Part shown: positions 29,485-39,368 of the stretch, in pieces | Layout: the number at the start of each line of letters is the position of its first letter | Position numbering within the stretch: position 1 is the first letter of the stretch | Assembly (NCBI GenBank): GCA_965228895.1 | Contig: OZ245842.1 | Span: 4,064,001 to 4,128,000, forward strand | Direction of reading: 5' to 3' | DNA: 64,000 nt | Source of the DNA: Alphaproteobacteria bacterium | GTDB taxonomy: Bacteria > Pseudomonadota > Alphaproteobacteria > SP197 | Translations under genes and position numbers: made by a program | The notes under the pieces: generated by a model | Database searches by the model: none | Told to the model about the DNA's origin: nothing | The model's input: the letters and a program-made list of their open reading frames with translations, nothing else

Positions 29485-31290
29485 ATGGTGATGTCACGTC
29501 CGGAAATCGTTGGCACCTTCGGTGTCGTCACCTCGACACACTGGCTGGCCAGCGCCGCCGGCATGGCGATGCTTGAGAAAGGCGGCAACGCGTTCGATGC
29601 CGCCGTCGCCGTGGGCTGCGTTCTGCACATTGTTGAACCCGAACAGAACGGTCCGGGCGGCGATTGCCCGCTCATCCTGTGGAGCGCGACGAAGGAGAAG
29701 GTCGAGGTGATCTGCGGTCAGGGCGTGGCACCCCGGGCGATCTCCAGCGGTGCGTTGCGCGATATGGGCCTCGACGTCATGCCCGGCGTCGGTCACCTGC
29801 CGGCGGTCGTTCCCGGCAGCTTCGGCGCCTGGATGCGCCTGCTGCACGACTATGGCTCGCTCACGGTACGTGACGTCCTGGAACCGGCGATAACGGCCGC
29901 GCGCGACGGTTTTCTGATGAAACCCGGTGTCGCCAACGTCATCGCACGGTCCGGCGGCTTCATGAAGCAGTACTGGCCGAGCTCGGCGGAGGTCTACCTG
30001 GTCAACGGCGAAGCGCCGGAGGCCGGCGGCCTCTACAGCCTGCCCGCCCAGGGCGACACCTATGCCCGTATCGTTGAAGAGGCGGAAGCCGCAGGCAGCG
30101 ACCGTGAAGCGCAGGTCGAAGCGGCGCGGCGCGCCTGGTACGAGGGGTTTGTCGCCGAAGCCATCGACCAGTTCATGCGCGAACCGGTGATGGACACCTC
30201 CGGCGAAAGCCACAGCGGCTACATGACCGGCGACGATTTGGCCGGGTGGCGCGCCGAGGTCGAGGAGCCCGTCACCTACGACTACGGCGACTACAAAGTC
30301 TGCAAGGCCGGGCCCTGGGCGCAGAGCCCGATCTTCCTGCAGCAATTGGCACTGCTCAAAGACTATGACCTTCAGGCCATGGATCCGGTGGGACCGGAGT
30401 TCATCCATACGGTCCAGGAATGCGCTAAACTCGCGATCGCCGACCGCGAGGCCTTCTATGGCGATCCGAAATTTGTCGACGTGCCGCTCGCCGAACTCCT
30501 GTCCGACGACTACAACGCCGAGCGGCGCAAGCTGGTCGGCGAGGACGCCCGTCTCGACCTGCCGCCGGGCCACATCGACGGTTATGGCGGCGAGGTGCGG
30601 CTGAGGGCGCACGGCTCGACCAACGTCGCCCATCACGAGATGACCATGGAAGGTGAAGGCGGTGAACAGAAGAACCCTGACTGGGCGCAGTTCATCGCCG
30701 AAAACCACGGCGATACCTGCCATTTCGACATCATCGACCGCTGGGGCAACATGATTTCGGGCACGCCGAGCGGCGGCTGGCTTTCCGGCTCGCCGGTGGT
30801 CCCCGGTCTGGGTTTCCCCGTGTCCGTGCGCGGCCAGATGTTCTGGCTCGACGACGATCATCCCAACGGCCTGGCGCCCGGCAAACGTCCGCGCACCACG
30901 CTGACACCGACGCTGGCGCTGCACAACGACGAGCCCTATCTGGTGTTTGGCACACCCGGCGGCGACCAGCAGGATCAGTGGGCGCTGCACGCCTTCCTGC
31001 GCCATGTGCACCATGGCATGAACCTGCAGGAAGCCTGCGACGCCCCCTCGTTCTACACCGACCACGTGCCCAGCTCGTTCTATCCGCGCGAATGGCTGCC
31101 GGGTCATCTGGCCGTCGAAAGCGACCTGCCACGCGGTACCATGGCCGAGCTCGACCGCCGTGGGCACAAGCTGGAGATCTTCGGCAAGTGGGGCCACTAC
31201 AACTCGATCACCATGGCGTCCAAACGCGGCAAGACGCTGCGCGCCGGCGCCAGCCCCCGCCGCGAGCAATGCTATGCGATAGGCCGGTGA
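29485..31290 (+). CDS. Gamma-glutamyltransferase family (Ntn hydrolase), cytoplasmic
   Basis: GGNAFDAAVA, DTCH nucleophile Thr, PGKRPRTTLTP, GTPGGDQQDQ. No signal peptide. Confidence 0.9.
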   Translation: MVMSRPEIVGTFGVVTSTHWLASAAGMAMLEKGGNAFDAAVAVGCVLHIVEPEQNGPGGDCPLILWSATKEKVEVICGQGVAPRAISSGALRDMGLDVMPGVGHLPAVVPGSFGAWMRLLHDYGSLTVRDVLEPAITAARDGFLMKPGVANVIARSGGFMKQYWPSSAEVYLVNGEAPEAGGLYSLPAQGDTYARIVEEAEAAGSDREAQVEAARRAWYEGFVAEAIDQFMREPVMDTSGESHSGYMTGDDLAGWRAEVEEPVTYDYGDYKVCKAGPWAQSPIFLQQLALLKDYDLQAMDPVGPEFIHTVQECAKLAIADREAFYGDPKFVDVPLAELLSDDYNAERRKLVGEDARLDLPPGHIDGYGGEVRLRAHGSTNVAHHEMTMEGEGGEQKNPDWAQFIAENHGDTCHFDIIDRWGNMISGTPSGGWLSGSPVVPGLGFPVSVRGQMFWLDDDHPNGLAPGKRPRTTLTPTLALHNDEPYLVFGTPGGDQQDQWALHAFLRHVHHGMNLQEACDAPSFYTDHVPSSFYPREWLPGHLAVESDLPRGTMAELDRRGHKLEIFGKWGHYNSITMASKRGKTLRAGASPRREQCYAIGR

Positions 31291-31326
31291 AACGCGGCCG
31301 CGCGTAGGAAACGGCGCGCGCCGCCG

Positions 31327-32247
31327 TTGAAAGACATGGCCAAGCGTTTCTTCAACCTGCTGGCGGCGGCCTTGACGCTGGCTGCTGCACTCCTGCGGGC
31401 AGGGCTGGCCCAGGCCGACACTCTGGAGCATGGCGGCCTCGAACGTGCCTTTGAGGTCTATGTGCCCGACGGCATCGCCATGCCGGCACCGGCCGTCGTG
31501 TTGCTCCACGGCGGTGGTGGTTCGGGTAAGCAGTTGCGCCGGCACACCGACTTCAACGATCTGGCCGACGAGGCCGGCTTTATCGTCATCTATCCCGAAG
31601 GCATCGACGGCCACTGGAACGACGGACGCGACGATCCCTGGCTCGACAGTCAGGCGGCGGCGCAACACGACGACGTCGGTTTCATTACCGCCATGCTGGA
31701 CCGTCTTATCGCTGACGGCCTGATCGACCCACAGCGCGTCGGCGTTGCCGGCATATCGAACGGCGGCATGATGACGCAGCGCCTGGCCTGCGAAACACCC
31801 GAACGGTTCATCGGTTTCGCGGTCGTCGCCGCGAACATCGCGGTCGGCCAGGAATGCCCTGGCGGTAGACCAGCGCCGATGCTGTTCATCCATGGCAGCA
31901 ACGATCGGCTGGTTCCCTATGACGGCGGTCCCATCGGCCTTCCCGGCGGCAAGGCGCGCGGCACCGCCTGGTCGGTACGGGATACGCTGGATGCCTGGGC
32001 GGCGCGAAACCGCTGTACCGGCCGGGTGCTTAGCGCCCGTATCGATGACCGGCCGCTGGACGGCACCGCCGTCGACGTCATCGACTACACGGGCTGCACA
32101 GTTCCGCTACGCCATATCCTGATCGACGGCGGCGGCCACACCTGGCCTGGCACCGGAGCACGGCTGGTCAACCTGATCACCGGACGCTCGAGCCGCGAGA
32201 TCGACGGAAACGTCGCCATCTGGGCGTTCTTCGCCGCCCAGCCCTGA
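31327..32247 (+). CDS. Secreted esterase, LpqC / PHB-depolymerase-like family
   Basis: Signal peptide, LHGGGG, DDVGF, GISNGG lipase box, HG-x-x-D, GGGHTWPG. Alternative start ATG 31336. Confidence 0.82.
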   Translation: MKDMAKRFFNLLAAALTLAAALLRAGLAQADTLEHGGLERAFEVYVPDGIAMPAPAVVLLHGGGGSGKQLRRHTDFNDLADEAGFIVIYPEGIDGHWNDGRDDPWLDSQAAAQHDDVGFITAMLDRLIADGLIDPQRVGVAGISNGGMMTQRLACETPERFIGFAVVAANIAVGQECPGGRPAPMLFIHGSNDRLVPYDGGPIGLPGGKARGTAWSVRDTLDAWAARNRCTGRVLSARIDDRPLDGTAVDVIDYTGCTVPLRHILIDGGGHTWPGTGARLVNLITGRSSREIDGNVAIWAFFAAQP

Positions 32248-32342
32248 TCGCCCCCGTCATCTGCCGTCGGGCGGTGGACCGGCACGAAAGGACTGACCTT
32301 CCGTGCCGGCACCACGTGGCCGTAACCGATTGATGCGGCCTT

Positions 32343-33497
32343 TCAGCAACGCAGGCGCAACAGGCCGAATGTTGCGGCGAGCACGGCATAGGACCCCGCC
32401 AGCAAAAGGTAACCAGCCTGCCAGCCGACGGCCGCACCGACCGTCCCCACAACGAGTGGTCCGAGGAAGTAGCCGACACCCCACGCCACATAGTAGCCAC
32501 CCGAGACCGTCGCTCTCAGGGACACATCGACGGTCTCGCAGAGATAGGCCATCGACGCGACGCAGAATGTGCCGAGTCCGATGCTGGCAAGCATGAACGG
32601 TCCGTAAACCCAGGGATGGGGTGCCCACGGCAGCACACCGAAACCTAGTGCTGCAAAGGCAAGACCCGCCGCCATGAAGCGGTGCCGGCCGTGCCTGTCC
32701 GACAGGGGACCGACGATCAGCTGGGCGACGCTGATCGAGAGATAGAACACGACAAAAAAGACACCGACATCCTGGTTGTCGAACGCCCTGTGAAGGACGA
32801 GCGAGGCCGGCAGCACGCTGATCACGACACCGTATCCCGCGCCAAAGAGCAAGATGCCGACGAGCGCGATGATCGGACCGCTCGTGGTCAGAAGGCGCAC
32901 GAGGTGACGCCACGACGGCACCGATCCGATGGCCCGCCCGGCATGCCTGGGCGTTCGCGCCAGGAAGACCAACACCGTGACGCCAGCCGCGAAACACAGG
33001 CCGGCAAAGACCAGAAAGGGACCGCTGCCTTCGCCTGTCGGAAACAGAAGAATGCCGAGCATTGGACCAGCCGTCAGACCACCATGGATCGCGGCGTTAT
33101 AGATGCCGATGGCCCTGCCCTTGGCCTCGGCATACATGAGCGATAGCAGGGCCGGACCCAGGGCCCAGACCGGTGCCTCGCCGACTCCCTGAATGAGACG
33201 GCCCAACAAAATGGCAACCGACGAACCGGCAAAGGCAAACACGAGGCCGGCGGCGCAACAAAAAGCACAGCCGATAACCAGGAAGGTCTTGGCGCCAAAC
33301 CGATCGGCCAGAGCACCAATCGGCAGCAGCACCAGGACATAAGACACCGCGAAGACCGAGGCGATAAGACCGACATCGCGCAACGATCCGGAAAACACCA
33401 GCATCCGCTGAGGCAAGATGGCAACGATCATGCCGACTCCAATCATCAGCAAGAACGCCGCAAGGCACACAACAAGGAGAGACCGTTCTCCCGACAT
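32343..33497 (-). CDS. MFS transporter
   Basis: GALADRFGAK and GPLSDRHGRH loop motifs, about 12 TM. Probable start ATG 33497. Confidence 0.85.
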   Translation of the reverse strand: MSGERSLLVVCLAAFLLMIGVGMIVAILPQRMLVFSGSLRDVGLIASVFAVSYVLVLLPIGALADRFGAKTFLVIGCAFCCAAGLVFAFAGSSVAILLGRLIQGVGEAPVWALGPALLSLMYAEAKGRAIGIYNAAIHGGLTAGPMLGILLFPTGEGSGPFLVFAGLCFAAGVTVLVFLARTPRHAGRAIGSVPSWRHLVRLLTTSGPIIALVGILLFGAGYGVVISVLPASLVLHRAFDNQDVGVFFVVFYLSISVAQLIVGPLSDRHGRHRFMAAGLAFAALGFGVLPWAPHPWVYGPFMLASIGLGTFCVASMAYLCETVDVSLRATVSGGYYVAWGVGYFLGPLVVGTVGAAVGWQAGYLLLAGSYAVLAATFGLLRLRC

Positions 33498-33998
33498 GAC
33501 ATGAACTCCACATAGGCGACCGCACGCCGCCGCATCGAAGCGGCGTCGATTTGGTCGCGATGACAATGTGAAGGGCTTGGGAAACCGACAGCGTATCGCC
33601 CGACCGCTTGCACACGGCGTGCGGCAACGGCGTCAATCAAGTCGATCGACAAACGCTAGTTAGCTATGTCCCTGCCTGCCCTTCGGCGAAGGGCGCGTGT
33701 GGCGGTCGAACCGCCCGATGACGACGCCCTAGAGCGCGTCCGGTGGTGGCGGGGAGGAAAGAGACATTCGAATGGTGAACGTCTGGTCCATAACCTGTCG
33801 GCCTTTGTGTGGCGTGATCATCTCGCCTAGGCGAGCGACAGCGGTTATAGCTTTTCGTGCGCCTGGCCGGCAAGCCCGATTGACCGGGAAATCCCAACGC
33901 GCAGGTTGAAGCGGGGGTGGTGCCGGCGAACCCGTCACGCTAGGGTCCATGCGGGGTCGAGGCACGACAGATACGGATCAATCCGCTAGGGGGACAGC

Positions 33999-35711
33999 AT
34001 GGCAGACTGCCACACCACGATCGGCGACTATCTTGGCCAGCGTCTGCGCGACATCGGTATCGAGCACTATTTCGCGGTTCCCGGCGACTACAACCTGATC
34101 CTGTTGGATGAGCTTTTGAAGGTCGACGGCCTGGAGATGATCGGCTGCTGCAACGAGCTCAATGCCGGTTATGCGGCCGACGGCTATGCGCGCGAACGCA
34201 ACGGTCCGTCAGCCCTGGTCGTGACGTTCAGCGTCGGCGGCCTGAGCGCGGTCAACGCTGTGGCCGGCGCCTATGCCGAGGACATGCCGCTGATCGCGAT
34301 CTCCGGCGGCCCCAACACCAATTCCGAAGCCGAGTACGAATATCTGCACCACTCGCTCGGCGAGCTCGACTACAAGTATCAGCGCGAGATCTTTTCGCGG
34401 GTCACGGTCGAAAGCGTCATCGTGACCGATCCCATGCGCGCGCCGATCCAGATAGACCGGGCCATCGAGACGGCGTTGAAGCTGCGCAAGCCGGTCTACA
34501 TCGAAATCGCGTGCAACATCGCCGGCGCGCTGACGTCCGAGCCGCCGAAACGGACGTTCACGCCCCACATTCCGAGCGACCCGGCCGCGCTGGAAGCCGC
34601 GGTCGAGCATGCCGCACGCTTGCTGAACGGCGCCGAAAAGCCGGTGCTGCTGGCCGGCGTCAAGATGCGGCCTGCCGGCGCGATCGAGGCGACGCGCAAG
34701 CTGCTGGATGCGACGTCCTATCCCGCGGCCAGCATGCCCAACGCCAAGTCGATGATCGAGGAGGATCATGATGGCTACATGGGGATCTATTGGGGTCCTG
34801 TGAGCGATCCCGGCTGTAGCGAAATTGTCGAGTCGGCCGATGTCTGTCTGGCCGTCGGGCCGGTCTTCACCGACTACACGACGACCGGCCATCGTGCCGC
34901 GCTCAATATTGATCACGTCATCAGGGTTGATCCGACCTGTGTCCGCTTCCCCGACATGGTCTACAGCCGGGTCGCAATGGCCGAGTTCCTGGAGGCGCTG
35001 ACGCCGAAGCTCAACAAGAACGATAGCGCGCTGGTCAACTATCGCCGCATCGCCGACACACCGCAGCCGCGCGCCGGTGACGCGTCAGACAAGGACCTGA
35101 CGGTCCGCTTCCTGTTCGATAGGGTACGCGACCTCATCACCAGCGACAGCACCTTGCTAGTCGAAACCGGCGATTCCTGGTTCAACGGCATGGACGTGCC
35201 GCTGCCCGGCGGCGCCCGGTTCGAAATCCAGATGCAATACGGCTCCATCGGCTGGTCTGTCGGCGCGGTGCTTGGCTATGCCATCTCGAACCCGGACAAA
35301 CGCCTGGTGGCCTGTATCGGCGACGGCTCGTTCCAGCTGACGGCGCAGGAAATCTCGACCATGATCCGCTACGGCATGAAGCCGATCATCTTCCTGATCA
35401 ACAACGGCGGTTACACGATCGAGGTCGAGATCCACGACGGCCCCTATAACGTCATCAACAACTGGAACTACACCGGCCTGATTGACGTCTTCAACAGCGA
35501 CAGCGGCAAGGGCTGGGCGACCAAGGTGACGACCGAGGCCGAGCTGGACGCCGCCGTCGAGAAGGCGACCCAGCATGACGGGCTTTCCTTCATCGAAGTC
35601 GTCATCGATCGCGACGACTGCAACAAGAACCTGCTGCGCTGGGGCAACCGTGTCGCGCGCAACAACGGCCGTCCGCCACGCTCGACCGGGGACTCGATCG
35701 GCACCCGCTGA
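33999..35711 (+). CDS. pdc: ThDP-dependent 2-keto-acid decarboxylase, pyruvate decarboxylase type
   Basis: VPGDYNL, CCNELNAGYAADGYAR, LHH, ETGDSWFN, QMQYGSIGWSVG, GDGSFQ...NNGGYTIEVEIHDGPYN. Confidence 0.85.
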   Translation: MADCHTTIGDYLGQRLRDIGIEHYFAVPGDYNLILLDELLKVDGLEMIGCCNELNAGYAADGYARERNGPSALVVTFSVGGLSAVNAVAGAYAEDMPLIAISGGPNTNSEAEYEYLHHSLGELDYKYQREIFSRVTVESVIVTDPMRAPIQIDRAIETALKLRKPVYIEIACNIAGALTSEPPKRTFTPHIPSDPAALEAAVEHAARLLNGAEKPVLLAGVKMRPAGAIEATRKLLDATSYPAASMPNAKSMIEEDHDGYMGIYWGPVSDPGCSEIVESADVCLAVGPVFTDYTTTGHRAALNIDHVIRVDPTCVRFPDMVYSRVAMAEFLEALTPKLNKNDSALVNYRRIADTPQPRAGDASDKDLTVRFLFDRVRDLITSDSTLLVETGDSWFNGMDVPLPGGARFEIQMQYGSIGWSVGAVLGYAISNPDKRLVACIGDGSFQLTAQEISTMIRYGMKPIIFLINNGGYTIEVEIHDGPYNVINNWNYTGLIDVFNSDSGKGWATKVTTEAELDAAVEKATQHDGLSFIEVVIDRDDCNKNLLRWGNRVARNNGRPPRSTGDSIGTR

Positions 35712-35733
35712 CACAGCGACCAGAAGAGGTGGC

Positions 35734-37557
35734 TCAGTCGGCCGCAGCCAGAGCCGGCGATGCCGACTGGATCGGCGGGAAATCGTCCGGTGTGATCGTC
35801 TCGCGTTCCAGCAACAGCTTGGCGCCGTCCTCAAGATCCGTGGCGTGCTTGCCGAGCAGCGCCTTGGCCTTGTCATAGGCCTCGTCAAGCAACTGGCGTA
35901 CCGCCAAGTCGACTTCGCGCGCGGTGGCTTCGGAATAGTCCTTGGGCCGCATGTTGACGATGTTGTCGCCGAGATAGCTTGAACGTTCGCCTTCCAGCAC
36001 CGCCTGGCCAAGCTCCGCTGTCATGCCGAAGCGCGTCACCAGTTGGCGCGCGACATCGGTCGCCTTGGCCAGGTCGTCGGCGGCGCCGGTCGAGATGTTG
36101 CCGAAGGTAATCTCCTCGGCCGCGCGGCCGGCGAGCAGCACGGTCATGCGATGCTTCAATTCGTCGGTCGTGATCAGGAACCGGTCCTCGGTCGGACGCT
36201 GCAGCGTGTAACCCAAAGCGCCGATAGAGCGCGGAATGATCGAGACCTTGTGCACGGGATCCATGCCGGGCAAGGACGCTGCGGCCAACGCGTGGCCCAT
36301 TTCGTGATAGGCGACGCGCTTGCGTTCTTCGGGCTTCAGCAGCCGGCTCTTTTGTTCCGAACCCGCGACGATCCGTTCGACCGCGTGCGTGAAGTCCTCC
36401 ATGATGACGTCGTTGCCGCCACGCCGCGTGGCGACGATCGCGGCCTCGTTGACCAGATTGGCCAGGTCGGCGCCGGTGAATCCCGCCGTGATGCCGGCGA
36501 TCACGTCAGGGTCGATCTCGGTGGCCGCTTCAATCTTCTTCAGATGCACCCTGAGGATCGCCGCGCGGCCGAGCTTGTCGGGCCGGTCGACCACCACCTG
36601 ACGGTCGAAACGTCCCGCGCGCAGCAGCGCGGGATCCAGGATTTCCGGCCGGTTGGTGGCGGCCAGCAACACGATGCCGCCACGCGGGTCAAAACCATCG
36701 AGCTCGGCCAGGAGCTGGTTCAGCGTCTGCTCCTTTTCGTCGTGGCCGCCCATGCCGCCGATGGCGGAGCGGGCGCGGCCGAGGGCATCGAGTTCATCGA
36801 TAAAGATGATGCACGGTGCGGCCTTGCGCGCCTGTTCGAAGAGATCCCGGACGCGCGCCGCGCCGACACCGACGAACATCTCGACGAATTCGGAGCCCGA
36901 GATGGAAAAGAACGGAACGCCCGCCTCACCAGCGACGGCACGCGCCAGAAGCGTTTTGCCGGTGCCGGGAGGCCCGACCAGTAAGGTTCCCTTGGGCACG
37001 TGGGCGCCCAGGCGTTCGTATTTCGACTTGTCGGTCAGGAACGCGACGACCTCCTGCAGCTCCGCCTTCGCCTCGTCGACACCGGCGACATCGGCGAACG
37101 TCACGCCGGTCTCCTTTTCGACATAGACCTTGGCCTTTGACTTGCCGACGCTCATCATGCCGCCGAAACCCTGCTTGTCAGCGACCTTGCGAAAGATGAA
37201 CAGCCACAGGCCCAGGAACAGCAGCATGGGCAGAATCCAGGCGAGGATCGACGACAGCCAGTTCTGGTCTGTGCCGCCGGTGATCTTGACGCCGTACTTT
37301 TCGAGCTCGGCCGCGAAATCGGGTTCAACCCGGTTGGTCCTGAAGAACTCCCGGCCATCCTGAGGCGAGACGAAACGGCCCTCGATCCGGGTCTCCGTCA
37401 CCGTCACCTCGGCGACCTTCCCATCTTGTAGTGCGGTCATGAACTCGCTGTAGGAAAGGTCGACGACCTGTTGGGCCGCGAACCAAAACTGAAAAGCAAA
37501 AATCATCGCGAATGCGATGATCAGGTAGACAAGATTAAACCGATGTTTTGGGTTCAC
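35734..37557 (-). CDS. ftsH: ATP-dependent zinc metalloprotease FtsH (probable secondary paralog)
   Basis: Two TM, Walker A GPPGTGKT, Walker B IIFIDE, SRH ([20 protein letters not shown]), HEMGH zinc motif. Not in the usual tilS context. Confidence 0.93.
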   Translation of the reverse strand: MNPKHRFNLVYLIIAFAMIFAFQFWFAAQQVVDLSYSEFMTALQDGKVAEVTVTETRIEGRFVSPQDGREFFRTNRVEPDFAAELEKYGVKITGGTDQNWLSSILAWILPMLLFLGLWLFIFRKVADKQGFGGMMSVGKSKAKVYVEKETGVTFADVAGVDEAKAELQEVVAFLTDKSKYERLGAHVPKGTLLVGPPGTGKTLLARAVAGEAGVPFFSISGSEFVEMFVGVGAARVRDLFEQARKAAPCIIFIDELDALGRARSAIGGMGGHDEKEQTLNQLLAELDGFDPRGGIVLLAATNRPEILDPALLRAGRFDRQVVVDRPDKLGRAAILRVHLKKIEAATEIDPDVIAGITAGFTGADLANLVNEAAIVATRRGGNDVIMEDFTHAVERIVAGSEQKSRLLKPEERKRVAYHEMGHALAAASLPGMDPVHKVSIIPRSIGALGYTLQRPTEDRFLITTDELKHRMTVLLAGRAAEEITFGNISTGAADDLAKATDVARQLVTRFGMTAELGQAVLEGERSSYLGDNIVNMRPKDYSEATAREVDLAVRQLLDEAYDKAKALLGKHATDLEDGAKLLLERETITPDDFPPIQSASPALAAAD

Positions 37558-37606
37558 CGCCCGCGCTCCGGGGTGTTGTCGTTTGCTTTATCGCGCCTTT
37601 CCGGCG

Positions 37607-37879
37607 TCAGTCGTCGTCGACCGGCTCCTTGCCCATGACGCGCATCACGTCACCGGAGCTAATGTCGTCACTCGACATCAATTGCTTGACGATCGGGTCG
37701 GCAAGCACTTCGTCAAGCGCGGGTTCGCTCCGCAAATCGTCGCGGCCCTGGGCTTGGCGAACCAGCGCGTTCAACCTGTCGGCCTCAGGCGGCGTTGGAT
37801 CGGCGACACGTTGCGCCGATTCGGGACCGCGTACCGCGCGCAAGGCAAATCCGGTCAAGAAGTCCAGTTGTCGAATCAT
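37607..37879 (-). CDS. Small hypothetical protein
   Basis: ATG 37879 with GGGGA RBS, C-terminal EPALDEVLADPIVKQLM-x-x-D segment; lies between the FNR box and ftsH. Confidence 0.6.
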   Translation of the reverse strand: MIRQLDFLTGFALRAVRGPESAQRVADPTPPEADRLNALVRQAQGRDDLRSEPALDEVLADPIVKQLMSSDDISSGDVMRVMGKEPVDDD

Positions 37880-38022
37880 CGGCGTGCATCCCCCAATAGA
37901 TGCGCCGCCACGGCGATTTGCCTCATGGACCGGTCTTTGCGCCGATACCGCCGTCAGCGGGTGATATGCGCTCGACAAACCAATCGCGACACCCTTCGCC
38001 CGTTGTTCCAGGTGCCAGGGAA

Positions 38023-38067
38023 ATCATAGCGCAGAGCCCGGTTCCACGGTTTGATTTCGATCAAACC
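38023..38067 (-). promoter_or_regulatory. FNR/FixK box with class II promoter
   Basis: TTGAT-TTCG-ATCAA at 38051-38064 (extended palindrome 38048-38067). Minus-strand -10 TATGAT at 38023-38028 puts the box centre at about -41.5. Confidence 0.8.
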
Positions 38068-38135
38068 CTGCGTTTTCAAAGGGTTACGCAGTCATAACGT
38101 GGACTAATGGGGGTCAGAGACCCGTTTTCGAGTCG

Positions 38136-39368
38136 CTAGGAAGCGCCGAACCGCGCGTAGTCGATGGCGGTATCCTTGTCGAGCGCACGGTCGACCGGCG
38201 CCATCGGGTACTTCAAGCCGGTGGCGCAGTTGTAGAGCACCGCCGTCTCGTCCGGCTTGACCCTGCCGTCGGCCAACGCGCGGGCATAGGCAGCAACCGT
38301 TGCGGCACCTTCCGGGCACAGCAAAAGGCCGTCTTCGGCGGCGACCTTGTCGCGGGCGGCGAGGATTTCGTCATCGGGTAGCGCCACGGCAAAACCGCCG
38401 GATTCGTTGACCGCGCGGATGATCAGGAAGTCACCGACGGCGATCGGCACACGGATACCGGCGGCAACCGTATGCGCGTCTTCCCACAGCGGCGCATGTT
38501 CCTCACCGGCTTCCCAGGCCCGCACGATGGGCGCACAGCCCTCTGCCTGCACCGCGACCATGCGCGGCATCGGCCCATCGATCCAGCCCATGGCTTTGAG
38601 CTCATGAAACGCCTTCCACATGCCGATCAGGCCGGTGCCACCGCCGGTCGGGTAGAAGATGACATCAGGCAAACGCCAGCCCAGCTGCTCGGCCAGTTCC
38701 AGCCCCATCGTCTTCTTGCCTTCGATGCGATAGGGCTCCTTCAAGGTCGAAACATCGAACCAGCCGACCGCCTCCTTGCCCTCACCGACAATGCGGCCGC
38801 AATCGTTGATCAGGCCGTTGACCTTCCAGACTTCCGCGCCCTGCTGCTGGATCTCGCGCACGTTGATGTCCGGCGTATCGGCGGGGCAGAAGACCGTCGC
38901 ACGCTGGCCGGCGCGGCGTGCGTAGGCCGCCATCGCGGCCCCGGCGTTGCCGTTGGTCGGGATTGCCAGGTGCTGCAGTCCGAACTCCTTGGCCATCGAC
39001 ACGGCCAGGCACAGCCCGCGGGCCTTGAACGAGCCGGTCGGCAGACGCCCCTCGTCCTTGATTATCGCCTTGCCCGGCTCTGCGCCAAACGCCGGTGCTG
39101 ACCGTTCAAGTGGGATCAGCGGTGTCACGACCTCGCCCAGTGAAACCCGGTTCTCCGGATTGGTCACCGGCAAGAAAGGCGCGTAACGCCAGAATCCCGG
39201 TGCCTTCGATGCTGCGATATCGTCCTTCGAGACGGCTGACGCCAACGCATCGAGATCGTAACGGACCAAGAGCGGACGACCGACCTCCGAAAGGCCATGA
39301 ACCCGACCGGCCTCATAGCGCTCGCCGGTCATCGAGCACTCCAGATGGGTCACGAATGTCTGCGTCAT
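38136..39368 (-). CDS. Threonine synthase-like PLP enzyme (fold type II)
   Basis: KDEGRLPTGSFKARG (PLP Lys), TNGNAG, EGKKTMGLE, PTGGGTG, CPEGAA, TGLKY. Confidence 0.85.
   Translation of the reverse strand: MTQTFVTHLECSMTGERYEAGRVHGLSEVGRPLLVRYDLDALASAVSKDDIAASKAPGFWRYAPFLPVTNPENRVSLGEVVTPLIPLERSAPAFGAEPGKAIIKDEGRLPTGSFKARGLCLAVSMAKEFGLQHLAIPTNGNAGAAMAAYARRAGQRATVFCPADTPDINVREIQQQGAEVWKVNGLINDCGRIVGEGKEAVGWFDVSTLKEPYRIEGKKTMGLELAEQLGWRLPDVIFYPTGGGTGLIGMWKAFHELKAMGWIDGPMPRMVAVQAEGCAPIVRAWEAGEEHAPLWEDAHTVAAGIRVPIAVGDFLIIRAVNESGGFAVALPDDEILAARDKVAAEDGLLLCPEGAATVAAYARALADGRVKPDETAVLYNCATGLKYPMAPVDRALDKDTAIDYARFGAS

Noticed and set aside
29494-31893. 799-aa minus-strand ORF
   Set aside because: Antisense to the GGT and esterase genes; long shadow ORFs are expected at this GC content and codon bias.
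33676-33690. 15-nt inverted match (CTGCCCTTCGGCGAA) to 52079-52093, both intergenic
   Set aside because: Similarity barely extends, and a 15-mer match is plausible by chance in a GC-rich 64-kb window.
33968-33981. Possible FNR site CAGAT-N4-ATCAA upstream of pdc
   Set aside because: Only one good half-site, and too close to the start codon for an activating position.
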